Below, in pieces: positions 1 to 10,331 of a DNA stretch of 64,000 bases. This stretch comes from an uncultured Phycisphaerales bacterium (GTDB lineage: Bacteria > Planctomycetota > Phycisphaerae > Tepidisphaerales > Tepidisphaeraceae), in contig CAVWVQ010000003.1 in the NCBI GenBank assembly GCA_963758525.1, positions 992,001 to 1,056,000 on the forward strand. The letters run 5' to 3'. The translations under genes and the position numbers were made by a program. Numbering within the stretch: the first letter of the stretch is position 1; every line of letters starts with the position of its first letter. The notes beneath the pieces are model-generated. The model saw only the letters and a program-made list of their open reading frames with translations. It had not been told where the DNA came from and did no database searches.

Positions 1-1128
1 TCCCAGCCGGTGGCGTATCTTGGCGGATTGGCGGTGTTTCTCGGCTGGCTGACGGGCGTTACCGTCAGCCAGTATCTCACGCTCCATCGCGTCGATCCGG
101 GCTGGCCGACAGTTCATCCGAAAGTGCATTTCAGCATCGTTCTGGGGGCGCTGATCATCGTCACGCTCGGGCTCTGGGACGACGTGCTGAAAGTGCGGCC
201 GAAGATCAAAATACTGGGGCAGGTCGCGGCGGCGCTTTGCCTGCTGGGGGACGGTGTTGGCGCACGCTGTGGCAGCGCGCTGGTACAGCCGATCGTTCAG
301 CGGGTGGCTTATTGGATCAGCGGAACGCAGCCGATTGTTCCCGCCTGGATTCTGACGGTCTGCAGCGCCGCGCTGGTGATCGGAGTGATCGTCGGATGCT
401 GCAACGCATCCAATCTGATGGATGGGCTGGATGGCTTGTGCGGCGGGGTCACCGCCATCATCGCGGCGGGCTTTCTGTTCCTGGCCGTTCATCTGGCGAC
501 GGTGGGCGGCCTGGTCGATACGAACTGGGACGCGTTGCGGATCATCCTGGGGCTGGCGCTCCTGGGCGCAGTGCTGGGGTTTGTCCCCTACAACTTCAAC
601 CCCGCCTCAATTTTCATGGGGGACACCGGCAGCATGTTCCTCGGATTTGCCTGTGGGACCATGATTATCCTCATGGCCCAGGAACGGGCAAAGTGGTTCC
701 TTGCCTCCATGGTGATGTTCGCGTTGCCGGTTCTGGACACGGCGCTGGCGTTCACCCGCCGATGGATCAACGAGCGCCCCCTCTTCAGCGCCGATCGGAA
801 ACATTTTCACCATCAACTTGTCGCTCGCGGATTCACCATAAAGCAAACGGTGCTGATTAGTTACGGTCTTGCCATCTTCTTCGGAGTGCTGGGCGTGGCG
901 ATGGTTTTTCTCAGAACCCGCTACACTCTGGCTATCTATTTGGTAGTCTTCGGGTCAATCATCGTGGCCGCGTACAAGATGGGGATGGTGCATGAGAACG
1001 GAGTCCCGCACCCCCCTTCCACGCTAGGCGATGTTGCTGCTGGTGCGTTCTCCCAGGCAGTTGACTCGGACATGGTTTTGAATGTGACGCTACCCGCCGC
1101 GGGCGGTGCCCCTTCTGTTGGGCGCTGA
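1..1128 (+). CDS. MraY/WecA-family polyprenyl-phosphate sugar-1-phosphate transferase (5' end outside window)
   Basis: Multi-TM protein with GLWDD, N..DGLDGL, NFNPASIFMGDTGS and DRKHFHHQL motifs; frame open from base 1. Confidence 0.9.
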   Translation, partial: SQPVAYLGGLAVFLGWLTGVTVSQYLTLHRVDPGWPTVHPKVHFSIVLGALIIVTLGLWDDVLKVRPKIKILGQVAAALCLLGDGVGARCGSALVQPIVQRVAYWISGTQPIVPAWILTVCSAALVIGVIVGCCNASNLMDGLDGLCGGVTAIIAAGFLFLAVHLATVGGLVDTNWDALRIILGLALLGAVLGFVPYNFNPASIFMGDTGSMFLGFACGTMIILMAQERAKWFLASMVMFALPVLDTALAFTRRWINERPLFSADRKHFHHQLVARGFTIKQTVLISYGLAIFFGVLGVAMVFLRTRYTLAIYLVVFGSIIVAAYKMGMVHENGVPHPPSTLGDVAAGAFSQAVDSDMVLNVTLPAAGGAPSVGR

Positions 1129-1276
1129 CAATCCCCGGTGCGTCAAAACGTCGCTTTGCCCAGTTCCGACGAGGCAACTATATTGCGTGTCTGCCAAAAT
1201 CCGACCGCACGGCGCAAAAGGTACGACCGCCAGACTCCGAAATAGAAGCAGTAGTTCTTACTGATAAGGTGAATTC

Positions 1277-2629
1277 ATGGATGTAACGGTTATTGGATGC
1301 GGCTACGTTGGTCTTGTTACTGGCACCTGTCTGGCCAGCATCGGGCACTCGGTTCGCGGTGTGGAGAAGGATGTCAGGAAGCTCAAGACTCTGCAGGACG
1401 GCCACTGCCCCATCTTTGAGCCGGGGTTGCAGGAATTGATGCAGGAGCATTACGCCTCGGGACAGCTTCAATTCACCGACAATGTGAGGGCTGCGGTCAA
1501 GGAGGCGGAGGTGGTTTTCCTCTGCGTCGGGACGCCTCCCAAGCCCGACGGCACCGTCGACATGAGCTACCTCGAAGGCGCGGGCAAGGAAGTCTGCGAC
1601 GCTCTGGCCGAGCAGAACAAAGACTACATGGTGACCATCATCGTGAAGTCGACGGTTCCTGCCGGCACCAACCGCAATCTCTACAACTTCCTCAAGCAGC
1701 AAACCCGGGCGCACGTGCAGGTCGTTTCCAATCCGGAATTCCTCAAGGAAGGCACGGCAGTCAATGACTGCCTGAACCCCGATCGCATCGTCATCGGCGG
1801 CGAGTCGCCCGAGGCGTTTCGCCAGATGCGCCGCTTGTATGATCCGCTGGTGAAGCGCGAGGAAAACTTCCTGACCATGAGCTGGGAATCGGCCGAGCTG
1901 ACGAAGTACGCCGCCAACAGCATGCTCGCGGCGCGCATTTCGTTCATGAACGAGATGACGATTCTTTGCGAGCACTACGGCGCGGACATCGAGGAAATTC
2001 GCAAGGGGATCGGGTCAGACAGCCGCATCGGGCCGGCTTTCCTCCGCGCCGGGTGCGGCTACGGCGGCTCCTGCTTCCCCAAAGACGTCGCCGCAATGGA
2101 GCACATTTCGCGCATCGCCGGCCACGAAAGCCTTTTCGTCCACGCGGTGCAGACCGTCAATAAGAATCAGAAGAAGCGTTTCGCCGACAAGATTGAGTTG
2201 AAGCTGGGCCGGCCGATCGAAGGCGCGCGCATCGCCGTCTGGGGCCTGGCATTCAAAGCCGACACCGACGACATCCGTGAGTCGGCCGCGTTGGACGTCA
2301 TCCGCTATCTGCTCGACAAGGGCGCCCATGTCGTCGCGACCGATCCCAAGGCGATGGAGCACATGAAGCTGATTTTCAAGGACGAGGTGGAATGGTCGCC
2401 CGATCCCGTGCATGCCGCCGTCGGCGCCGACGCGGTCGCGCTGCTGACCGATTGGGCGCAGTACACGACGCTCCCCTTCCGAAAGATCGCCGCGACGATG
2501 AATCAGCCGATCATCTTCGATGGCCGCAACTGCCTGCACCGCGATGTCATGCGGGAGACGGGGTTCCAGTATTACCCGATGGGTCGGCCGGCGGTTGAGA
2601 ACACGCTGCGTTTGAAGCAGAAGGTGTAA
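1277..2629 (+). CDS. ugd: UDP-glucose 6-dehydrogenase
   Basis: GCGYVG Rossmann motif, KSTVP, SNPEFLKEG, catalytic GYGGSCFPKD, GLAFKADTDDIRES. Confidence 0.95.
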   Translation: MDVTVIGCGYVGLVTGTCLASIGHSVRGVEKDVRKLKTLQDGHCPIFEPGLQELMQEHYASGQLQFTDNVRAAVKEAEVVFLCVGTPPKPDGTVDMSYLEGAGKEVCDALAEQNKDYMVTIIVKSTVPAGTNRNLYNFLKQQTRAHVQVVSNPEFLKEGTAVNDCLNPDRIVIGGESPEAFRQMRRLYDPLVKREENFLTMSWESAELTKYAANSMLAARISFMNEMTILCEHYGADIEEIRKGIGSDSRIGPAFLRAGCGYGGSCFPKDVAAMEHISRIAGHESLFVHAVQTVNKNQKKRFADKIELKLGRPIEGARIAVWGLAFKADTDDIRESAALDVIRYLLDKGAHVVATDPKAMEHMKLIFKDEVEWSPDPVHAAVGADAVALLTDWAQYTTLPFRKIAATMNQPIIFDGRNCLHRDVMRETGFQYYPMGRPAVENTLRLKQKV

Positions 2630-2660
2630 GCGTAACGAGTTTTGCAGTCTCAAATGCATC

Positions 2661-2686
2661 GGGCCCGGCGCACCCGCGCCGGGCCC
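2661..2686 (+). terminator. GC-rich hairpin after ugd (possible terminator)
   Basis: GGGCCCGGCGC-ACCC-GCGCCGGGCCC, perfect 11-bp stem; weak U-tract. Confidence 0.5.
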
Positions 2687-2701
2687 TGCTTCGTCTGACG
2701 C

Positions 2702-2731
2702 TTGACATTCAACGCCCTGCGAATAAAAGAT
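2702..2731 (+). promoter_or_regulatory. Putative sigma70 promoter for tRNA-Asp
   Basis: Consensus TTGACA at 2702 followed by A/T-rich -10 region just upstream of the tRNA. Confidence 0.45.
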
Positions 2732-2745
2732 ATAGGCATTCCGCT

Positions 2746-2819
<74 letters not shown>

Positions 2820-2952
2820 TTGTGCCAGCAGGACTTACGTGAGGATCGCTATTCCTGACGTAGTAATGCCAGACCTTTCAGCTGATTTCGTCGTCGGCGA
2901 GACGCCGGCACGATTGATTTGTGCGTCGTCGCGGTGATCGCTTCGTCTCTGT

Positions 2953-4209
2953 TCATGTGTTCACCGCGCAGGTCTGCCTGTAGAAATCGACGAACTGAGG
3001 CAGGACCGCCTCAAGGCTGTATCGGTCGGCGATAATCTTTTCGGCGGTCCGTCCCAGGGGACGAAACGCAGCCGGATCTTTCAGCACCTTCACCGCTGCG
3101 GCCGCAAGCCCCTCGATGTCGAAGAAATTTCGCAGCAGGCCGTTCTCCCCGTCCCGGATCATTTCTGAGACGGGAGACGTATCAGAGCCGAGCACCACCG
3201 CGCCGCAGCTTAGCGCGTCCATCATGCTCCACGACAAGACAAACGGCACCGTCAGATAGATGTGCAGATCGGTTGCCGCGAGGAGCTGACTGAGCACGTG
3301 GGGCGCCAACATTCCAACGAACTTGAATTTCGTCAGGTCATATTCATCTCTCGACAACACCCATTCGCGAAAAGAAGCGGCGCCTCCGATGTGATTTTCG
3401 TCGCCGCCGTAGCAGATCCGGTCGCTGCCGACGACGAAGAACAGCACATCGGAATATTCTTTGGAAATGCGCTGTGCGGTTTTCATAAAGATGTCGAAGC
3501 CGCGCATGCTTTCGAAGCCGCGGCCGACATAGGTCACGATCCGGGTGGAAGCCGGCACGGAAACGCCCAGAATTTCGCGCGTCGCACGCGTTGCGGGAGC
3601 CGGCCGAAGTTGCTCATCGTGGCCGTGGTAAATCGCGCGGTCGATGCCGTCAAAAATCACGCGCAGCTTGGAGCGGTACTCGGAGGGAAATCGCGAGAGT
3701 TGAAACTGCGTCGGCGTATATCCAGCGTCGCAATTTTGAAGATCAAGCAAAATCATCGCATTGCGGGCACGAGCCCGATGAAGGTGCGCATCTGGCAGAG
3801 GCCAGCCGAGGTCGCGTCGAAACCCCATATCGCAGTCCCGGCCCGACGTGTGGTAATAAAACTCGAAGAGATTGATGACGGGAACGTTCGGATATAGTTC
3901 GCGCAAAAACAGGCTGCTTCCAAACCCGCTGTGAGCCACAATCAGATCCGGCTTCACATCCGGCCGAATCCTGAGTGACTGATAAACGCCATCGCAATTC
4001 CAGATCGCATTTTCAAACGTGCGCGAGCAAAAGTGATTGCGATTGGTTGCGCCTCCGGCAACGCGATAAACAATGCGCTCCATCCCGCCCGCGTTCCCCC
4101 CGGCGGCCGCCGTTGCGAAGGTGATCTTCCAGCCATGCTCCCCCGCAAGACGCTGGCCGATGTGTCCGAATTGCGCGGGGAAGTTTGGGTGGATGTAGAG
4201 AACGTGCAT
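2953..4209 (-). CDS. Glycosyltransferase family 4 (Glyco_trans_4_3-type N-terminus)
   Basis: Starts MHVLYIHPNFPAQF; RGFESMRGFD and YLTVPFVLSWSMMDALSCG motifs. Confidence 0.88.
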   Translation of the reverse strand: MHVLYIHPNFPAQFGHIGQRLAGEHGWKITFATAAAGGNAGGMERIVYRVAGGATNRNHFCSRTFENAIWNCDGVYQSLRIRPDVKPDLIVAHSGFGSSLFLRELYPNVPVINLFEFYYHTSGRDCDMGFRRDLGWPLPDAHLHRARARNAMILLDLQNCDAGYTPTQFQLSRFPSEYRSKLRVIFDGIDRAIYHGHDEQLRPAPATRATREILGVSVPASTRIVTYVGRGFESMRGFDIFMKTAQRISKEYSDVLFFVVGSDRICYGGDENHIGGAASFREWVLSRDEYDLTKFKFVGMLAPHVLSQLLAATDLHIYLTVPFVLSWSMMDALSCGAVVLGSDTSPVSEMIRDGENGLLRNFFDIEGLAAAAVKVLKDPAAFRPLGRTAEKIIADRYSLEAVLPQFVDFYRQTCAVNT

Positions 4210-4226
4210 TGGATCCCTCGGGACTA

Positions 4227-4390
4227 AGAGCCGCGAAGGCGCGAAGCCGCGAAGACAGAAGCGAAGCGGGGGGAGCAAAAATATGTGGCGCCAAGATGGG
4301 CGAGACGCCCGAAAGGAAGTGTTTGCTTATCTATTATCTGCAACATATTCATTCGCTTCAGTCTTCGCTCCTTCGCGTCTTCGCGGCTCT
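4227..4390. repeat. REPIN/MITE-like element with 39-bp imperfect inverted arms made of CGCGAAG units
   Basis: 4227-4265 AGAGCCGCGAAGGCGCGAAGCCGCGAAGACAGAAGCGAA is the near reverse complement of 4352-4390; same family at 48577-48734. Confidence 0.75.
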
Positions 4391-4703
4391 CTATTTCCGA
4401 ACCTGCGGATACCCGCAATTATTCGCTTGATTTCAATGCGCCCGATCTTATATTCCACCACCTTGCGTGGCGAGGCAATGGGGTCTCGTCGCCGCAGTGC
4501 TTCTCATCTCGCAAATCTTTTCTTCGAATGGGCTGTGTCGGCGCTCAGCGGGGATCGGAGGGTACCATCCAGCAGGTCGGATGGCGTGTGCCTTAGCTGC
4601 CGGCGAGGCCGCGAGAGTCGTTGCGATCCTCCGCTAGGACCTGCTGCACTTACGGGCAGGCTCCGCTCCCGAAAAACAATTGAGACAGGCGAAGGAGAGG
4701 ACT

Positions 4704-4882
4704 ATGCGGAGCACCGAGAAGCGTTCAAGCAAGCGAACGGCACGAAAACGTGCATATTTTCAAATTCAAGCACTCGAGGCCCGACTGATGCTTTCCGTCG
4801 CGGCCCACTCGGCGGTCACTGCGGCGATACGAACTTCACCACCAGCACCTCGGGGACGCTGAGCCAGACGGTGACGTCATAA
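4704..4882 (+). pseudogene. Collapsed adhesin remnant: planctomycete leader fused to the last strands of an Ig-like (Big_3_5) domain
   Basis: AAGGAGAGG RBS, MRSTEKRSSKRTARKRAYFQIQALEARLMLS, then (1-nt shift) GDTNFTTSTSGTLSQTVTS*, the same ending as the genes stopping at 7386 and 39708. Confidence 0.8.
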
Positions 4883-4985
4883 ACATCGTGGACTGCGGGC
4901 CACGGATTGAACTCAGATCGGTCGGCATGCACGCATTCATGGTCGCACTTGGGAACCACGGATGCATCAGACAGGAGCTCCAGCC

Positions 4986-7386
4986 ATGGGAATTCTATCG
5001 CGATCCTGGCGTCGTCGATTAAAGTTGGCGTCGCCTCAAGAGGCACCCTCTTCCAAGCTCTTCGCCGCGGCACGGCACACGGTCGAGCGGTTGGAGTCGC
5101 GCCTGCTGTTGAGCGCAACAACATGGACGAACGCCGCAGGCGGCGACTTCGACACGATTGGGAACTGGAGCAACGGCGTTCCCGCCGCGGGTGTGCATGC
5201 AGTCATCGATATCGCCGTCAGCGCCTCCGATCACCAAGACGACAACTTCCACCGATACCTTCGCCGGCCTGACGTCCCATGATCCGATGGTCCTTTCGGC
5301 CGGCACGCTGAATGTCACGGGCGCAGTTTCGGAGATTGGCAGCGCGCTGACCCTCAGCGGCGGTGCGCTTCAATACAGCACCCTCCTCTTGAACTCCGAT
5401 ACCGTCAACGGCCCCGGCACCCTCACCAATCCTGCGGGCAGCACGCTCACAATTCAGAATCCGACGATCAATGCCCCGCTGATTAACAATGGCACGCTCG
5501 ATGTGATCGGCGTGAACAACTCCATCAACGGGGGATTGACCACGGCGAAGACTTCCGTGATCAATCTCGCCGACAACGACCTCAACTACCACTCGTATTT
5601 GACCGTCGGAACCAGCTTCACTAACAACGGCGCGATCAACCTCGTGAACAACTCCGCCAACATCCACCTGCCAGCGCTGACGGTCGTTGGCACGCTGACC
5701 AATGCATCGGGAGCCACCATCACCGCCAGCGGCGCCACGGGCAGCACAAGCTCCGCCAGCAGCGCCAAGATCACTGGCGGCCTGGCCAATGCCGGCACGA
5801 TCACCGTCTCCGAGGTGCGGGGGCTGACGGTCAACACCAACGGTTACGGCGGTTCCAATAGCGGAGCGATCAACGTTACCGGCGGACCGCTGACACTGAA
5901 CGAGGACGCCGATGCTTTCACGAACACTGGCTCGATCGCCGTTGCATCCGGCCAGACCCTTGACGTCCACTCCGGGACATTCGATCAGAACGCCGGCTCC
6001 ATCGGCGGCGCTGGATCGATCGTGACTTTCGATTCCGGCACTCTGAACCTCGGAACAAGTCTGAACAACGCATCGGCGTCGCTGGGCATCGACGTTGAAA
6101 CCGTCGACGGCCCCGGCACGCTCACCAACGCAGCGGGAAAGACGCTGACGTTGATCGTGGACACCATCAATGCCCCCTTGGTTAACCAGGGCACACTCGA
6201 AGTAGCTGAGGACGAAAGCTTTATCAACGGCGGATTGACCACCGCGACGTCCTCTGTCATCAACATCGCCGCCAGCAACGCCGACTTTCACACGTCCCCG
6301 GAACTGGCCGTTGGAACCAGCTTCACCAACAACGGCACGATCAACCTGATTGATGACAACACCGACTTCGGTTACCCCGCTCTGACGGTGAACGGCACGT
6401 TGACCAATGCCGCGGCGGCCAGCATCGTCGTTAGCGGGGCTGGCGGCAGTTTCTCGTCTGGGCCGCAGATCACCGGCTCATTGATCAACGCCGGCACCCT
6501 CACGCTCACCGTCGAGCCGGGACTGGTGATCGACGGCAATTTCACTCAGTTAAGCACCGGCGCTGTCAACACCCGGATCACCGGAGGAACCCCAATAGAC
6601 CTCAGGGTTCAAGGCAGCGCCAGCTTTGGCGGATCCCTGGGCATCGTCTTCAGCAATGGCTTTGTTCCCACGGCCGGTGAATCCTTCACGGTCATGAGTT
6701 ATGGTTCCACCACCGGCTCGCTGACCCTGATCAACCCCACCGGATTTGTCCTTACTGGCCAATACAACGCCAGGAGCCTGGACGTCACAGTTCACGCATC
6801 GACCCGGACCGCGTTGACCAAGAGCACGACCGCTCCCAGCACCTTCGGACAACGCGTGACGTTGACGGCCACGCTCGTCCCGATCATCTCTGGCGCGGGA
6901 ACCCCCACCGGATCTGTCATGTTCAAAGATGGATCCACTGTTCTCGGCACCAGCGCCCTCCACAACGGCATCGCCACCTTGACGACCACGGCATTCCCCA
7001 CCGGCAGCAACTCGATCACCGCTGTGTACGGCGGCAACAGCAGGTTCGTTGCCAGCACCTCCAGTTCACTCACGCAGACGGTCACTCCGTCGGCCACGAC
7101 CACCACGTTGACCAAAAATACCACCGGCGCCGTCAAGTTTGGCACGAGCGTGACGTTCACGGCGGCGCTCGCGGCAGTCAGCCCTGGCGCTGGTACGCCG
7201 ACCGGCACGGTTACCTTCATGGACGGATCGACCACGCTGGGAACCGGCACGCTCAGCGGCGGCGGCGCGACGTTCACCACTGCCGCGCTGGCGATAGGCA
7301 GTCATTCGGTCAAGGCCGTCTACAGCGGCGACGCGAACTTCACCACCAGCACGTCGGGGACGCTGAGCCAGACCGTGACCTCGTAA
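4986..7386 (+). CDS. Planctomycete secreted adhesin-like protein: LE.R.LL leader, beta-solenoid repeats, two Big_3_5 Ig-like domains (frameshift near 5225)
   Basis: AGGAG RBS, VERLESRLLLS then TWTNAAGGDF..NWSNG in ORF 4962; continues in ORF 5158 with GTLTN repeats and TPTG.V.F.DG...LG / Y.GD.NF domains. Confidence 0.8.
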
Positions 7387-7395
7387 TGTGAGACC

Positions 7396-8531
7396 TTGAA
7401 GTTACGACTACCTCAAATCATCAGGGCGGAGAATGACATCCTCTTTGACGAAGAGGATCATCAGGTCGTTGATTTGTTTTCTGCCAACGGGACGACCTGG
7501 CTGGGGCATTGCAATCCAGCCGTTACGGCAGCGGTGACCGCGCAATTGCAGCAGGTTTGGATCACCGGCGGTCTGCCTTCGGGGATTTACGCGGAAGCGA
7601 AATCGCTGATAGAAACCTTCTTCCCGTCTTCGCATTCGGTCGCCGGTTTGTATTCAACCGGAATGGAAGCGGCGGAGTTTGCAATTCGCATCGGACGGTC
7701 GACGACAGGGCGGAACGAAATCGTCGGCTTTGAAAGAAGCATGCACGGGAAGTCGATGGCGACAGCCCATCTCGGCTGGGACAACCGCGACGGCCTGAAT
7801 GCGCCGTGGCTGCATCGCCTGCCGTTCATTCACGGTCAAACTGAAGAGCAGGTCTTGCGGCGATTGGAACAAACCCTCGAAGGCGGTTCGGTGGCGGCGG
7901 TGTTCGTGGAGCAAATGCAGGCGACGGGCGGCGGCCATATGGCATCGCGGCGGTTCTATGAGGAGACGATACGGCTCTGCCGTTTGCATGGCGCGCTGAC
8001 GGTGTTCGACGAAATCCTTACCGGGTTCCACCGAACAGGAATGGCGTTTTTGTTCTGCGAGCTTTGTACGATGCCGGACATCGTGCTGATCGGAAAAGCG
8101 ATGGGGAATGGTTTTCCCGTCTCCGGGGTGGTGGTCCGGCGGGACATCGCCATCACCCCAGGGATGCTGCCGGGCAGTACCTTTGCGGGCAATCCCCTGG
8201 CGGCGGCGGCGGTCACAGGGACGCTGAAGCAGATGAAGCGATTAGATCTTCCGGGGATGGTCGCGGCGATCGAGCAAATCATCGTCGAGAATCTGACCGA
8301 AGTGCGGGATCTGGGAATCGCCCTTCGCGGCCAGGGAGCGATGTGGATTATGGAACTCGCTGAGTCAATGGACGCGGAGGCGATCGTTGCGAACATTTAC
8401 CGTCGGGCGCATTTGTCAGTTTTGCCGGGCGATTCATCCGAATCCTTCCCGCGGCAACGATCCGAGCGGACAACCTGGCGAACGCGTGCCGCACGGTGAA
8501 GGAGGAACTGTTGAAAGCTTCGCAAACATGA
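7396..8531 (+). CDS. Class III PLP-dependent aminotransferase (frameshift near 8410)
   Basis: WLGHCNP, STGMEAAE, SMHGKS, FDEILTGFHRTG, IGKAMGNGFP, STFAGNP; shifted tail ...FIRILPAATI...KASQT* whose TGA overlaps the next ATG. Confidence 0.85.
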
Positions 8532-9673
8532 ATGAGGCAGACGCAAATCCGCCGAAGCTGCTGTTCGTTATATCCAACGACTTCGGGGAACTGTCCGGCG
8601 CGCTCTACTTCACACTGGGGGGAACGTTCGATGTGACGTTGGCGTTGCCGCCTCGTCTCTTTGCCCTGCATGCCGAACATTTGCCGATTGCAGCGTTTCC
8701 GTATCAGACGATTCAGGACGTGCTGGCGCTTGCCGATCGCGATCGGCCTGATGTCGTGCTGCTATTCTCGGGCTATCTATTCGCGGCCAACAACCTATTC
8801 AGCCTCGAAGCATTGCGAATGCTCGTAAGGCAATTCCGCGAAAGGGGCGTTCGCATCGTCACCAGCGATCCCTTTCTGGGGCTGATGGCGTACCCGAACG
8901 CCTCGGTCTTTAGCGATGAGCATCCGAAGAAAGCGCTTCTGCTGGAGCATTTTCGAAGTGTGGCCGAGACGATGCGCGGCATCGTTCATCTGTATCCCGC
9001 CGATGTTCGGACCGCGTTAAGTCATGCCGGCCATTCATTTTTTAACGAACACGTCGTCCTCACGGCCGCGGAACGGGCCGAATTCGAGGCCCGGCTGGGT
9101 CGCCGGTTGTCGCTGCGTCCTGGGAGAAAGCGATGGATGTTTGTGTTGTCTGCCGAGGACTATGGCCTTCAGATCGGGCTTCACGGACGGCAGGCGTTTG
9201 ATGACCTGCTGTTGGGCAAGATACAGGAGACGGCCCGTGCCGGAAGGCAACCGATATTGGTCGCGCCCAAGGTCTGCATAGACTCGGTCGCTCGGGCCGC
9301 CGGGACGGTTGACAGCGCGATCTTTCTCCCTTTCTGCCAATATGACTTGTTCCAAATGCTGGTTCTCGAGGCGGAATACCTTTTCTACTGGAATGTCTTT
9401 TCCTATTCGATTCTGGCACGGGTGGCCAACGGTTTTCCGGTCCTCGTCTTCGATAGCGGACACATCGCGCGCGCCGTGCCGCCGCTGCATCGGCTGGGGC
9501 TGCAAACATACTACCTCAACGCGCCGATCCCATATGTTGAGCCGGCGCGTGAACTGGACGAGCGGGCGCTTGCCGCGCTGGCGGATGCGCAGAAGTGTCC
9601 ATTGGCACAATCGATCGCAGCACTTCGCAAGCTGCCGGCTCCCGCGCAGGTGATTCGGGAGATTCTGATCTGA
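8528..9673 (+). CDS. Hypothetical protein, possibly GT-B fold
   Basis: ATGA-coupled on both sides; N-terminal KLLFVISNDFGELS, RPDVVLLF, and late ANGFPVLVF resemble GT-B Rossmann elements. Confidence 0.6.
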   Translation: MNEADANPPKLLFVISNDFGELSGALYFTLGGTFDVTLALPPRLFALHAEHLPIAAFPYQTIQDVLALADRDRPDVVLLFSGYLFAANNLFSLEALRMLVRQFRERGVRIVTSDPFLGLMAYPNASVFSDEHPKKALLLEHFRSVAETMRGIVHLYPADVRTALSHAGHSFFNEHVVLTAAERAEFEARLGRRLSLRPGRKRWMFVLSAEDYGLQIGLHGRQAFDDLLLGKIQETARAGRQPILVAPKVCIDSVARAAGTVDSAIFLPFCQYDLFQMLVLEAEYLFYWNVFSYSILARVANGFPVLVFDSGHIARAVPPLHRLGLQTYYLNAPIPYVEPARELDERALAALADAQKCPLAQSIAALRKLPAPAQVIREILI

Positions 9674-10260
9674 TGCGTATCAAAATTCAGGTTGGCTCTT
9701 TGGAGCTGCTGCAATTTTCCTTGAAGGATACGCGGGAGTTGTATTGCGTCCGCAACCATGATTCAGTGCGCCGGTACATGTCGAACCCCGAGCCAATCCC
9801 GTACAAGTCGCACGCCCGATGGGTAAAAGCACAACTACTCTGCAACAGGAACTTTCTGCTGTTCCTTGTGCGAACAAGGCCTCAAGAGCGTGCCGTCGGC
9901 CTGACCCAACTGCGGATCGAGGGCGACACCGCCGAGATCGGGGTGATGTTTCGCGAAGCGTTCCGGCACCAGATGGCCGCCTATATCTCGACGGTGGCGA
10001 TGTTGCACCTGGCATTCGAACATTTGCAGCTGCGATGGATTGTCAGCTACGTCATCCCCTCGCATGGTGCGGCGATACGCTTTAACAAGAGCTTCGGCGC
10101 ATGGGAAGAAGAGTCTGATATTCCTGGGATGGTCAAGGTTCGCCTGAGCAAAGATCGATGCATACAAAACGAGAATTTCCGACGAGTTTTCGACCGAGTG
10201 AAGCATCGACTGCACGTAGGTACGGCCGACATCGCGAGTGCGGGCCTGGTACAGGCATAG
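9673..10260 (+). CDS. GNAT N-acetyltransferase, PseH/RimJ-like
   Basis: VRNHDSVRRYM..I....H..W, AEIG, AFEHLQL, AIRFNKSFG. Confidence 0.75.
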   Translation: MRIKIQVGSLELLQFSLKDTRELYCVRNHDSVRRYMSNPEPIPYKSHARWVKAQLLCNRNFLLFLVRTRPQERAVGLTQLRIEGDTAEIGVMFREAFRHQMAAYISTVAMLHLAFEHLQLRWIVSYVIPSHGAAIRFNKSFGAWEEESDIPGMVKVRLSKDRCIQNENFRRVFDRVKHRLHVGTADIASAGLVQA

Positions 10261-10331
10261 ACGAGAATTTTTGATCTGACACAGCGTCCGGGGCGATGCT
10301 GCGTCTACCTGAATCGGTTTGGATACGCCTC

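Noticed and set aside
1178..1975. 265-aa minus-strand ORF
   Set aside because: Antisense to ugd
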